DNA of 64,000 nt from Somniosus microcephalus. Lineage: Eukaryota. This document shows, one piece after another, positions 36,456 through 48,428 of this stretch (position 1 is its first letter; each line of letters starts with the position of its first letter). Location of the stretch: positions 282,286,001-282,350,000 of the forward strand of contig CM126204.1 in NCBI GenBank assembly GCA_052327205.1. Direction: 5' to 3'. The translations under genes and the position numbers were made by a program. Under the pieces are notes generated by a model. That model did no database searches. It saw nothing but the letters and a program-made list of their open reading frames with translations, and was not told the DNA's origin.

Positions 36456-38999
36456 TCGATGTCCTTTCGTCAGTTCTGACAAAATAAAACTAGTTAAGTC
36501 TAAAAGGGTTTTTAGTATGGTTATGTACTGGTCTCAACCCATATGAATGTGATGTTCAGCTAGCAATGGTGAGTTATGCTGCTGGCTGCGCATCACATTT
36601 TGCCTAGCAACATCAGAGTATGCACCTGCAAAATTCTGGGCACTAGCCAGCAAAGGTTTAATATGAGAAGAGAGCTCGCTGGAGTGTGGAGCCCAAGAGT
36701 AATTGCATTGAAAATTAAGTTTCCAGCTAGTACAGTGGATTGCCAGTAACACTTTTTAAGTTTGGTTTTACATGGCATTGGAGCTCCACTACAGCTGGTG
36801 GGAAGCCCAAGCACTGACACCACCTACTAAAGGTGTGAGCGGTGATCTTGCATCTCCTTTCTTGCATTTAGAAGCTTTTGCCCTGCTGTACATCTGAAAC
36901 TGCTTCGCATCCACATGAAAACAGCAGATAATGACATGATGTGATAGAGTTTTGAGTATTATAATGAGTCATTCTCTCCTTTAGCAGCCTTGCTACACTT
37001 TCCATAATTGGACCGCTTTGTCTTTTGTGACCCAGAAGTTGCAGCTTCTCAGATCTCTGCCCCTCAGGTATACCCTTAAGACTTGATCCTAGGCATTCCA
37101 GGATATCGCCACACCACCTGAGAGTTCATTTCATGCTCCAAATTGGATTACTAGATTAATTTCCAGTAATATTAACAAGCAAAAGCAAGTACAGAGCAGC
37201 ATAATTCACACACACAGACTGGCCACTAAACTCCAGCTCACTTGTAGACGCACTCTGCTCCCTTGGCAGTGAATGTAGTCTTTCAGGTCTCATGCCAGAG
37301 CTAACTTATGGTACAGTTTTCCAAGCGCACTAATACAAATTTGGTTCTGCCGTAGATCCCTTCTTGGGCTCAGTGGTGTTGGTAAGTGGTCTGAATGTTT
37401 TATTTCTTGTGGTAGTTGACTCAACTGCCCTATATCTACTTATGATACCATAAGCTGGGTATGTAACAATAATTGCACCCTTGTGACCTGAGCTGAATGT
37501 TTGTGTCTTTCACATGTTTAGTCTTTCAGCTCCAAAGGTGGACCAAGCAAACACTTGAGACGTGGCCAGATACAAAGCATTAATCTTTTTTATTTCTCAG
37601 TAATGTGAACAAACAGAATAACATTATGATTGAACTACTTAATTCAATCCATACAACTTTTCTTTATTTGGTATTATGTAAAGATCACGCTACACTAGCC
37701 CACACCACTTGGTCATCGTGCATCACTTAAACAAGATAACTTTTAACTATCCTCTAGCATTTCTAACCTCTTGGCCCAATGAAGACCCGCACATCTTTCC
37801 CTTTAATATACCTTTCTACTTTTTAAACCTTCCTGTTTCGAAATGCTTGTCTTCCCCCATGTTCCAATTTCTGTCCTTTTATCTCTTTCTGTCCAGGGCT
37901 TAAATGTCATGTTTTGTGTTCGATTTGCCTAGAGATCGCAGTGAATTCAATGCAGAAATAAAAATGTGGAACTGTCTTATAATGCCCTGTTTGCCCCTTT
38001 ATCTCTCCAACACTGTTTCAAAGTCAATGGTGCTATTCACAAATCTGGAACACGGTATTCTTGGCTTGATTACCTCATCAAGCCAGTCTCAATGTTAAAA
38101 ATGAGGAGTGGTACAGTAGTAACATTGCAGACAACCTGGCACTTGTCAGCCATCTTCTGGTTACTTGTCAAGGGCAAAACCTGCCTTAGTTTTTAATTTA
38201 TGCTGACAAAATAAAACTATGTACGAGGCTAGACTTTCATCTAAATTTAAACAGTGACATACCCACTGACCTTGTCGCAGATGGTAATAGCCCAGTTAGG
38301 ATTGTCAAATCAGAGCTCTGCATTTTTATCTTAATTCTAGGTGTTACTGTGATACAATCAGATTTTTAATTTCCAGAGCTCTTTTTGCTCACCATTATGT
38401 GACTCCCATTGTACAACGTTGAGTAAGATGCGTGCCCTGATATTCATAGCTCTGACTAGTTTTAGATCACAAGAATTTTCAAAGAACTCCAAAAAGCCAT
38501 TAAACTCAATTACCCTGTCCTTTTGATAGATCAATGCTACCTAACTGTCTTCTCATAGCCCTCAGTTATTTTTCCAAAATATGTCTAATTACCTCTTGAA
38601 TCAATTTCTACTGCTTCAGTGGGATCACTCACTGGTATATTCCACAAGTATTTTACCATTTGTGTAAACCAATTCAGCCTGCCTGCTCTCTTTTTAATTT
38701 GAGTCCCCTGATGTTTGAACCCTTCTCCAAAATTGTGTGTCTAGTTATGGTTCTGCCAGATACCTATGCACATACACAAAGCTGTAAATACAAGCACCCA
38801 GCTGCATTTTATCATTCAAGCAAGGAAATGAGTGAGCAAATGCCAGCAAAGTGTAAGGTTGGCTGATTTGCCCAGGCAATGGATGTTGCTACAGGCACCA
38901 CAAAGGTTAGTGTGACACCATTACCAACTTCACTTTAACTGACTATTTTGTGCCAGCACAGTTCTGAATGAAAGGGTTATAAAACCCACAGATACTAGA

Positions 39000-39108
39000 A
39001 AGAAAGACTTGCATTTATATAGCACCTTTCACGATTTCAGGACATCCCAAAGCCCTTTGCAGCCAATTAAGTACTTCTGAATTGTAGTCATTGTCGTAAT
39101 GTGGGAAA
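39000..39108 (-). mobile_element. SacSINE1 3' tail fragment
   Basis: aaagacttgcatttatatagcacctttcacgatttcaggacatcccaaagc...gtagtcattgtcgtaatgtgggaaa. Confidence 0.8.
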
Positions 39109-39935
39109 GTATTCATCATAACTTCCCTCCAAAACAGTAGGATGTATGCAGAAAATCTTACACCAGGAAAGAGCTGGCAATTTTACTCCAGAACAATACA
39201 TGATCTAAATGGAGCAGTTCAAAAATCTTAATTTTTGTCTATGCATAAATGTAGACTTCCACCTGGTTTGTACAGTACTAAAAGCTCTATATTAACCCTT
39301 TGTATTATCCATCAGATGCTTAGCAGGGTCCAATTAGATCCCAGAACCATAAAGACAAATTTTGGAAATATCCCTCACCATCAAGCTATGTCACAAGAGA
39401 TCCACTAGTCTGTGTAAAGCAGATTAAATATAAGTAAAATTCTGATTTAAGGGATAAATTATAGTCTATGTCTAACATGTAAATATTGACGAGCAAAACC
39501 TTCCACAGGAAAACTATCTGTTGGATAGGGATCAAGGCCATGGTGTAAATACTACTCACTGAAGAGGGAGCTTTTTAATTCCAAAGTTACTGTTTTTGCA
39601 TGTCAAATGTGATATTCCTGTTTCTTTTAAATGGACTAATGCTCCAACTCATCCATGCCATTGATAATACATTTTAATGGAAGTGTATGCCAATGATTTT
39701 CTGCACAGCAAATTCACTGTCTATCATGCTATTGGGAAGAGGTGGCCAGATGGTGACACTTTTTCCCACTTCATGTTACCAATAGCAGAGGTCCATTAGT
39801 CACCTGCTTGCTCAGTTAGGGAATAGCACACAGCATGTTTTAGGAAGCAGAGGTAATCATTTTAAAATAGTGTTCCCCCAAAAAAAACAAATACTTGTCT
39901 CTGCTGGTATAATCAAGGATATGAAGAAAAATAAG

Positions 39936-40283
39936 TTTTTCTCAATTCATTCTCAGGATGTGGGCATCACTGGCAGGCCCCTAGTTGCCCTGAAAAGGTG
40001 GTGGGCTGCCTCTTAAGCCGCCAGTAGCAGTTCGATATAACAGAGTGGCTTCCTAGGCTATTTGAGTGCAGTTAAGAGCTAACCCTATTGGTGGGAGACT
40101 GGAGTCATACATGGGCCAGACCGGGCCATGATCACTTACGGATACCAGCTTTTTATTTCCAGCTTTTTTTTTTAACTGAATTCAAACTCTCAAACTATGA
40201 TGGTAGGATTTGAGCTCACATTCCCTGGATTATTAGTCCAGGTTTCTGGGTTACCAGTCCAGTAACATAACCACTATGCTACC
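39936..40283 (-). mobile_element. tRNA-headed SINE made of the 5' and 3' ends of the 10680-13417 LINE
   Basis: Minus strand TAGCATAGTGG A-box, GCTCAAATC B-box-like, body ...tagcctaggaagccact...aactgctac joined to ggcggcttaagaggcagcccaccacctt...gcccacatcctgagaatgaa. Confidence 0.85.
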
Positions 40284-40289
40284 TTATCA

Positions 40290-40505
40290 AATCATTGGAA
40301 CTGAAGTAGGCTATTCAGCGCCTCCAGCCTGTTCCCCATTCTATTACATCATGGCTGGTCTGAACCTCAACTCCATTTACCCACTGTTCCATATCCCTTG
40401 ATACCCTTACCCAACAATATCTATCTCAGTCTTTAACATTTCAGTTGACCCAGCATTCACAGCCTTTTGGGGGAGGGAGTTCCAGCTTTCCACTACTTTT
40501 GTGTG
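40290..40505 (-). mobile_element. CR1 3' UTR fragment
   Basis: gtaggctattcagcgcctccagcctgttcccc...ccatatcccttgataccctta...cagccttttgggggagggagttccag, same family as 24475-24840. Confidence 0.75.
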
Positions 40506-42063
40506 ATAATGCGCTCTCAGGTAATAATTAGCTGGGTTGTTTCGAGATTTTGTCCGAATGAAAAAAGCAAGTATATGAAATGCTTTGGAAGCCTAGGAAT
40601 GACGCTGCTTGGGAATGATTTTTTTCCCCATTTTTGTAGCCAGTAATTATATTAAACATTCCCAGGGCAGTATAGATTTAGTTCACTGCTCCTTCTGGAC
40701 ACTTTCAGCAGTACTCTTTGACCAACAGCCTCAAAAGAGTACCCCCTACTGTATTTCCATTTCACACGCCATCTATCCTTTTGGCCTCTCTGCATGAGGT
40801 CGCCCAATTATGCCAATTAGTCGAAAATTATGGAAGGTTTTTTGCAATGGGCTCAACTCCACTGGGACCTGTGTTGAGTCTACCCAAATTCAATTCACTT
40901 AAGATCCTTAAAACCACGTTTCACTCTGGTCTTTTTAATACTCATAAGAGAGGAGACGTCCACCCATCTGTCCATGCAGAATTTAAACTCGGGTACCAGA
41001 GTTGAAAGCCTTAAAAAAATTAAAAAAAATGTGAGCTGAGCCGAGACTCAACACTTTGCAATGTTCAAATGAAACCACCTTCTGTGTAATAATGTTAAGT
41101 ACAATTAATTGGGAGCGAAGAGAACTGAGAGAGACAAAGAAAGAACACAACATAAAAAGTATTATTACACCGCACCCCTACTGAATAAGGAATAAATTCA
41201 TAGCGTGTACCATATTGTCCAGTAAAGTGGCATCATTCACGCTGCTGGCAGTCTTCAGTTAGCTGTAGGGGGGAATATATTCGAGGAACCCAAAAAAAAT
41301 TCAAATGACTTGTATTCCAAAAAGAAGTACAATAAGATCCCCTGTTAATGTCGCAACCTATCCACCTCGAGTTAATGGGGACACAACATCTGATATAAAT
41401 CCTGAACTACGTAAGTGGAGACTTTTCTGGATTTCAAGGGTCGGGATTCAGCTACTTTCCGAAGCCCTGATTTAAAAAAAAATTGCATTGCTATGTTTTA
41501 GGTTGATCAAACAACAGATTCAAGAATGTTGTTAAATTACAGAGTGCAGGACATTAAATACTAATTTTGAAATTAAGCAGTTGTCACGGGTTGTAAAGTA
41601 ACTGGGTTTTAAATGGTTTTGGCGAAGCAACAATGGTACGAGTGGGACATCGTAGTAAACCCAGGGCTAGAGCAGGTTAATGTGTAAGGAGCAGCTTTGC
41701 ATTGCGCTCACTAATTCGGATTTCTCAATCCTTATTTTACAGCAGTCTTTGTGGTGATTGGGAGAGCTGCTATTCCAGGTTATCTTTAATTTTGAAATAC
41801 TCTGTGCTAAAGACATCACAGGGCTAAAATAATTTATTTAAAATCTAGTTTCGATGTATTACGGGGTGGAAAAACATGACCATCTATAGAATACCTGCTG
41901 AATGCATTTTGTTCAATCTCGCCCATTTAAGAGCTAATACCGATCAAATCCCGCTAAACCGGTGGAGCAACTTTTGTAACTATCTCATTTTACATCCAAG
42001 TTGAAATAGGCGAGCATCTTAACCGAAACAGTAAATTGCAGGTGATTTTTTAAATGCCCTGAT

Positions 42064-42111
42064 AAAATAATTCAGAAGTCCAAAGGGAAAATAATTCAGA
42101 AGTCCAAAGGG
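42064..42111. repeat. 24-bp perfect tandem duplication
   Basis: AAAATAATTCAGAAGTCCAAAGGG x2. Confidence 0.9.
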
Positions 42112-43977
42112 AAATAGCGATCAATCCCTGGGTGTTTTTCAGAGGATTAGAGATAAAACATGAATTTCGAGGTGGAGTGAGGTGACAGTTCGTGTGTTTC
42201 TTTGGAGTTGGACCGTACTATTTATTGCCGCATCTCAATAATCCGATGTGGAATAACATTCTGATTTTTTTGTTAAAAATCCAATACTAGTGAACGTGGC
42301 AACCCCAGGCTCGATGCAAAGAGTATTTAATTCATTCGCGATTGAGGAGTAATGGTTATCAGACGGCCAGACTAACAGGAGGCGGGGATGATCGGGTGAT
42401 TCTTATCAGTGCAAGAATCAGCATCCGTCCATGTATAATGGTGTGGGTGGGGGGGTGTAAAATCAATCAAAGATAATTGCAGCTTTAAAAATATATATTA
42501 AAACGCTGCTACGGAATACTGAACTATGCTGTCAGGATCTCTGCTCCAAAGATGACAGGATAACTCCAGACTGGGGCCCGAATGGCCTGGGGATAAGTCA
42601 ACAGTGCGGGCTGGCGTGAAACTACAGCGTGGTGTCAAACTGGGTTGAATCAGGATTCCGGGGTCTCTCGGAGCTGCTGGGCACTTCGGGGGCTTTTCTG
42701 GCGCTCTCAAAACATTTAAAATGTAATCGCGGAGAGGGGAGATGTGTGCACGGGTGTAAGCGCACAGCCCAGAGCTCTCTCCATGATCCTGAAAACTGGA
42801 TTGGCAGCAGGGCAATACAAGCAGGTTCGCCAGGTCAGCATCAGTCCTGCAATTAGGGCCGCAGACTATTAGATACCGTATAAACACAGCCAAGGAATGG
42901 GGAAGGGGCGAATAGCCCCCTGTGTCTAGGGCAGCATCTTTAACGGAATAATTCCCAGCTTGCTGCTTCTCCGAAGGCCCCATTGTGACAATTGCGCAAC
43001 TCTATTGGGTTACCATGGTTGAATAAATCAAGTACATACACTCTTCAAGTAAAGAGCTCTTAAAGGGTCAAACAATCACACTTAATCTAAACTGGTTGTT
43101 TTAAACACGTGGGGGAGACAATGAACATAAGCAATGCGGGTCTTAAATTTCTATCCAGAGACAGTAATTACCCGCAAGTCCTTTTCCATATGAACAACGC
43201 ACGGTGTAGCTAGAGTAAATTAGTTAGGTAAAGTTTTTTTTCATTTTGTTGGTACTGCAGACGATCTCCCTTTAAAAAAGTCCTTCTGATTTTTGTGGAG
43301 CCAGTCTTCCCAGACAAGTTGGAACGGATTATGTAATCTGAGAAGTGGCTGGACAGTGAGTTCAACCTTTCTTCTGGAAACCTTGCCTCTGGCATTACAA
43401 TAGTATTTTAGGTTTTTAACTATTGTATACATCAACTTAATATTAAACAGCATTAAATCCCGTGGCTATTTTTAGGAAGAGTTGTGCATTGTGAAGAAGC
43501 CTAACAACAAACTCATACAAAGCTGTATTAATTCCTTACCTTTGGCATTATTTGCTTTCAGTGTTTCCCTTATACAGTCTAGTAGTAAATTACATTGTTA
43601 GCCTTTAAACTTTGTGGAGATGGAGATGGATATTTTTTGACGTTTTCTGATCTGGGCGGAGCACCGAGGGCCGTAAACGGCTCTCTATAAACCTGATTCT
43701 CAACAATCCTGGTTCTGATCAGGATCCAGTCTGATAAATGTAAAAAAATACATTTCTAGCTTGCTTTTGTGTTGTAAGAAAATGATATGAAGGACACACT
43801 ATAATTGGAAACACTTTGTTTCCTGCCAGTGCCTTAAGGTTTGTCGGTTTGAAAAAAAAATCTTGTATTTTTAAAGCATAAATACTTTTAAACGAATCAC
43901 GTTATCGGAGTCAAATAATTACGAGAGTTTTAAGAATGACAATACTGGCAGACAGTAGGGGAGTAAGAGCAACCCCC

Positions 43978-44086
43978 CACACCCATACACACACACACAT
44001 AGATACACGCACACTCACACAGGCGCACCCACACGCAGACACATACACTCAGACACACACGTAGACAGATAGGCGCACACACACAA
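43978..44086. repeat. Imperfect (CA)n microsatellite
   Basis: cacacacacatagatacacgcacactcacac... Confidence 0.85.
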
Positions 44087-47000
44087 AGAGTAACATTTAA
44101 AAAGTGAATTTATTTTCACTTGATCCTAACTCAGCAGTTTTCCCTTTGGGGTTGAAATTTAAACATTTTCAGGTTAAACAATCTGTGACTTGTGTTCCTG
44201 TCTAGATTAGTAATCGGGAAAAGCAACATTACAAAGTATTATAACACAGGAAAACGGTAATAATTGGAAACAATTACAGCTTTTGTTTGTTTGTTTTCCT
44301 GTTCTGATAACACTTGAGAAGTAAAAGTGTAAGCCATTGGGAGTATGTCTTCATTCTATACTCGAGTTTATAACTATTTATTTGTCTTACCCGATTTGCT
44401 ATTCCAGCTATATAGATCTGTAATTGAAATTGCACCAGATCGTTTAAATGGAGAGGCGTGAATATCTGATCTCAGGTCAAACTAAGCTCATTCTCTGTTC
44501 TGTGTGGCATCTTTAAGCAGAGGACTGTTTAATTGCTTATCTATTAACATACTTTAATCTATGCTATGATGCATTGTACCAAACAAAAGGGACTCGCAAA
44601 GAAACGCGACCTGCCTTTAGAAGTCAGCCAAGTTTTACCTGTGTTAGTTCCGAACGCCAATAAACTCATTTAAAATCAATTCGAATACACGCGTAAGAAG
44701 GTAAGATGAACTAAATAATTCTAGTTCAGATGTGTTTGTTAGTACACAATTCTGGAATGTTTGAAAGTCTCGACATGCATGGCAATAATAAAAATCGCTT
44801 TGGTTGATAGTGTACCAGCAAAATAAACTTTGACAAATAATAATTTATGTACGGGATGACAGCAATGGATTTTGAACTCACAGTAAATATATGTATGTAG
44901 GCAAACTGAAAATCATTATCATCCCTTTGTATTATGTGAGTTTCATATATGTTAAGCGATCTCTGTGTTTCTGTGAATGACTATTCCAAAGAATTACTCT
45001 ATCATAACGCTGTGTGTATACACAGTGGATATATTCTAACAAGCCGTTTGAAACTATAAGTATCTCCACAAGTGAGACTGACCCAATAACTCACTAGCGA
45101 GGCGGTCAGTAGTCGCATTATATTCGCTGAGGCAGTAGAGATATTGATCAGAGGGCATGGCTGGCCACGTGACTGGCTTGTTCAGAACACCTGTACGACG
45201 GTTCAGTTGGAAAATTAACTTTAATGCGATATACATAATTTTAAAAATATCATTTGAAACTGCTTTGTGATACCCTGGCAGCTGAAAGGTTTATTTTCTT
45301 TTCGCTGGCTAGAGTACAGTGTAGGTATTTACAATATGGACACATAAGCATACGAGAACACGTAGCTTTTGCATGTGTATGCGCCAATTAATGGATTTAC
45401 AATTTATCTACATACTTAACTATTACATGTGTACACAATTTGCATCTATGCAATGGGCTGTGCACTTATCCATTCACCCACCTGGCACCTGATTACATTA
45501 TCACCGTTTTTGTAATATTACGTAATACCAAAAATTGTACAAGAAATATTACCCCGAAAATCTACTGCAATTTAATAAATCAACGAGCCCAGGCCTAAGA
45601 ATGTGCAATGCAATCGGCTTTAGTCTCCACATCTCATTTTAAGGTTGTAATGATACTGGAACATGCAGGCTCCGCTGCAAGTGTGAGCGCTGGATGTACC
45701 CGGGTACAGACAGTGGCAACTGTATTCCTGCATCGCAAGGAAAGGGGTTGACGAATTGCCCAGGAACATGGGCAGACGACTACCCAGTATACTCTTCTGC
45801 AAGTGCATAATATGAGATGTCGACGAAAGTGGGGCAGAAGGCTGTTTTTAGCATAATTGGATATAGCTCAGACAGGCAAGGAGGATAATCCAGAAAAATG
45901 TGCATTTCAGAGATTAATTTTATATTCGGTTTTCTTAAAAGGTAAAAATCGAATCGGATTGGACGAGGATTGTTTACATCCCAAGCCATCGGTACATTGC
46001 CCCACCCCCGCATGTCACCAACTACACCTTTAGATCTCAGACTGATAATGGAGTTCAGACACCCTCGATGAGCGGGGTTAGGGTATTCAAATGAAGAACT
46101 GAATTTTAAAAGATACTAGTGCATATAAGATGAACCAAGAATATTTCAGTAAACCCCACTTTACTCACACGGCAGATGTCTTGTGTTCAGAGGATGACAT
46201 TGCAAAGTTTCTATTTATTATTGGTTTAGCTGTGGCACCAAGCCCGTTCTTTAATACCAATTGTTTGGATGACAACAGATGGAGATATTTACAATCGTGT
46301 GCAGATTGTAAACGGGAAATACACCGCGCTGACACATGTTGGTTGTAGACACGCGTCAAGGTAGCTATTTGATATTCCGGGCATCTTGAATACTAAATCT
46401 TTACTTAAATTAACATTCCTTTGCTGGACGAAGCAAAACACTCAGTACTATTACCGCACGTTTTGAGACTAGCTAAGAGTGTTTTGTTAAATACAAGCTC
46501 GTTCACAGTTCGCAACTTCTTTTGCTTAAGTTTTGTACTCATCGCAGGTTTTGTAAATGGAAATGATTACATTATGTTATTTCATTATTTATGGAATTAA
46601 ATACTTCAATATAGTGATACTTTATTCAAACTTACAAAATATCAGGACAAAAGAGTTAGCAAAGCAATCCTGTCTTGATGCTAAAATTGTTTCTAACAAA
46701 GACTTGTGCAGAACGGGAATAACTGAGCTTAACCATCAGAAACATTAAACCCGATTAGACATATAGCCAGATTTCGCATTTTACCTAATACAGTGTACTG
46801 TTAAAACGTGACTGATTTTATTTAAATTATTGCAGTAATCACATATGTTTCAGTTTCACCTTGGAAAATCAAAAAAATAATTTCTTATCGAAATCATCCC
46901 CTCAGTTGACCTGTTAATTGCAGAAGTCACGTGGAATAAAAGCCTTTTAATGACTGCCACTCGGTTGATTTAAAGAGACCATTTCAAATATCATTTGGGA

Positions 47001-48304
47001 CCCAAACTCTCTAATCTGTCAATTCCATTGCTGCTTTCCTTTTCACATTTCACAAGAAAATATGAAAGTTAAGGTCGGAAAATAAAGGCCAGGGTGCAGT
47101 TGGAGCTCCTGGTACATTTGAATAGGTGTTCGCAGTTTAAACTGAGAGGAAAATATGATTTTTACATGGTATGAGATATTTACCCAACACAATTAACCAT
47201 GAGAAATACGTACACACTGAAAGAATCAATCAGCTCTCAAAAGGCGAAAGGTCATTCTTTGGAACAGAAACATCATTTATTTTTAAAGAGGAATCACTAG
47301 TTTTACTCTGTGTCAGATTAAATATTCACTCCATTTATTGGCATGGAGTCGTTTCTCAAATAAGCTTGTTGAGAAGTTTAAACTTCTGAAACAAACCAAT
47401 ATTTTGCAGATGTGAAATTGTGCTGACCATAATTTCATTTCAGAATCAGTGGTGCCAATCCGTCTGCCGCTAGCCTGACTTTTTAACAAAGGATTTTGGG
47501 GAGAGCCAATTCGTGGGAATTGTTCCCCTCCGGGGGAAAAAGCTATCTGATATCTACCCAGAGACGAGAATGGGACCCAGCCTTAAACTTTTGTGAATAA
47601 AATTCTTGGCTACATTTCCAGTAGATTTTTGCGGTTTCCGTTGGTGAAATGATAGCATTTTAGGAACCAAAAAATGAATAAGTGGACCAGTTTGTTTTTT
47701 TGCATTAAAACGCATTGCACCAACAGTTGAGCTGAAATCCTAGCGGGATTTCATTTTGCAGAGGCTGACACGCACACTTTGAGCAAAGTTTCTGTTGAAG
47801 TGCTGGGCAATGACCTCTTGTGATTATTAAAGAGCCGCCTGACTGCCACTCTGTTCCGCTGCCCTCATTTACAATAAACTATGGTTTTAGTGGCACTCTG
47901 CTATTACCACTTATCTTAATTAGAGTTTGGTCTGTAGGGCATTTTACTGGGGTTGGTGGGGGCGGCGGGGGTGGGGGGAGACTACTGTATAAGTGTGTGA
48001 GGGAGCGAGAGTGAAGGAATGTGTGAGAGTTAAAGATATGAGAGAGTGGGTTTGTGTGGGATAGAAAGGTACACTGCATGCCACAAAGTGAGTGTAGAAA
48101 AATTAACATATTGTAGTTAGTATTTAATCGATTAATATGGAATCTATTCCGGATGGTAAAACCTAGACTCCTGGAATGTTCCAGATGCACAGTCCTTTGA
48201 GAGTTTTTGTCTCTGATTATTTCTGTTGTCATTGGAAAGGACATTGAGCACACATTTCAGGAACAAGGAATTGCATTTGGATTATACAGTACTGTATTTG
48301 TCAA

Positions 48305-48428
48305 AGGTTCTGATCAAGGGGACACACCCGAAACGTTACTTTCTCGTTTCTCTTTACAGATGTTGACAAACCTACTGTATATTTCCTGCATTTTTTTCAT
48401 TTCAAGTTTCCAGTATTTGCATTTTTAA
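48305..48428 (+). repeat. Penelope-derived repeat with degenerate hammerhead-like core
   Basis: CTGATCA-AGGG gacaca CCC-GAAACGTTA followed by ...tttctctttacagatg...tttccagtatttgc. Confidence 0.65.

Noticed and set aside
42498-42983. 161-aa minus-strand ORF
   Set aside because: No recognisable domain; explained by local GC richness.
45695-45708. Perfect 14-bp palindrome TGTACCCGGGTACA
   Set aside because: A few such palindromes are expected by chance in 64 kb.
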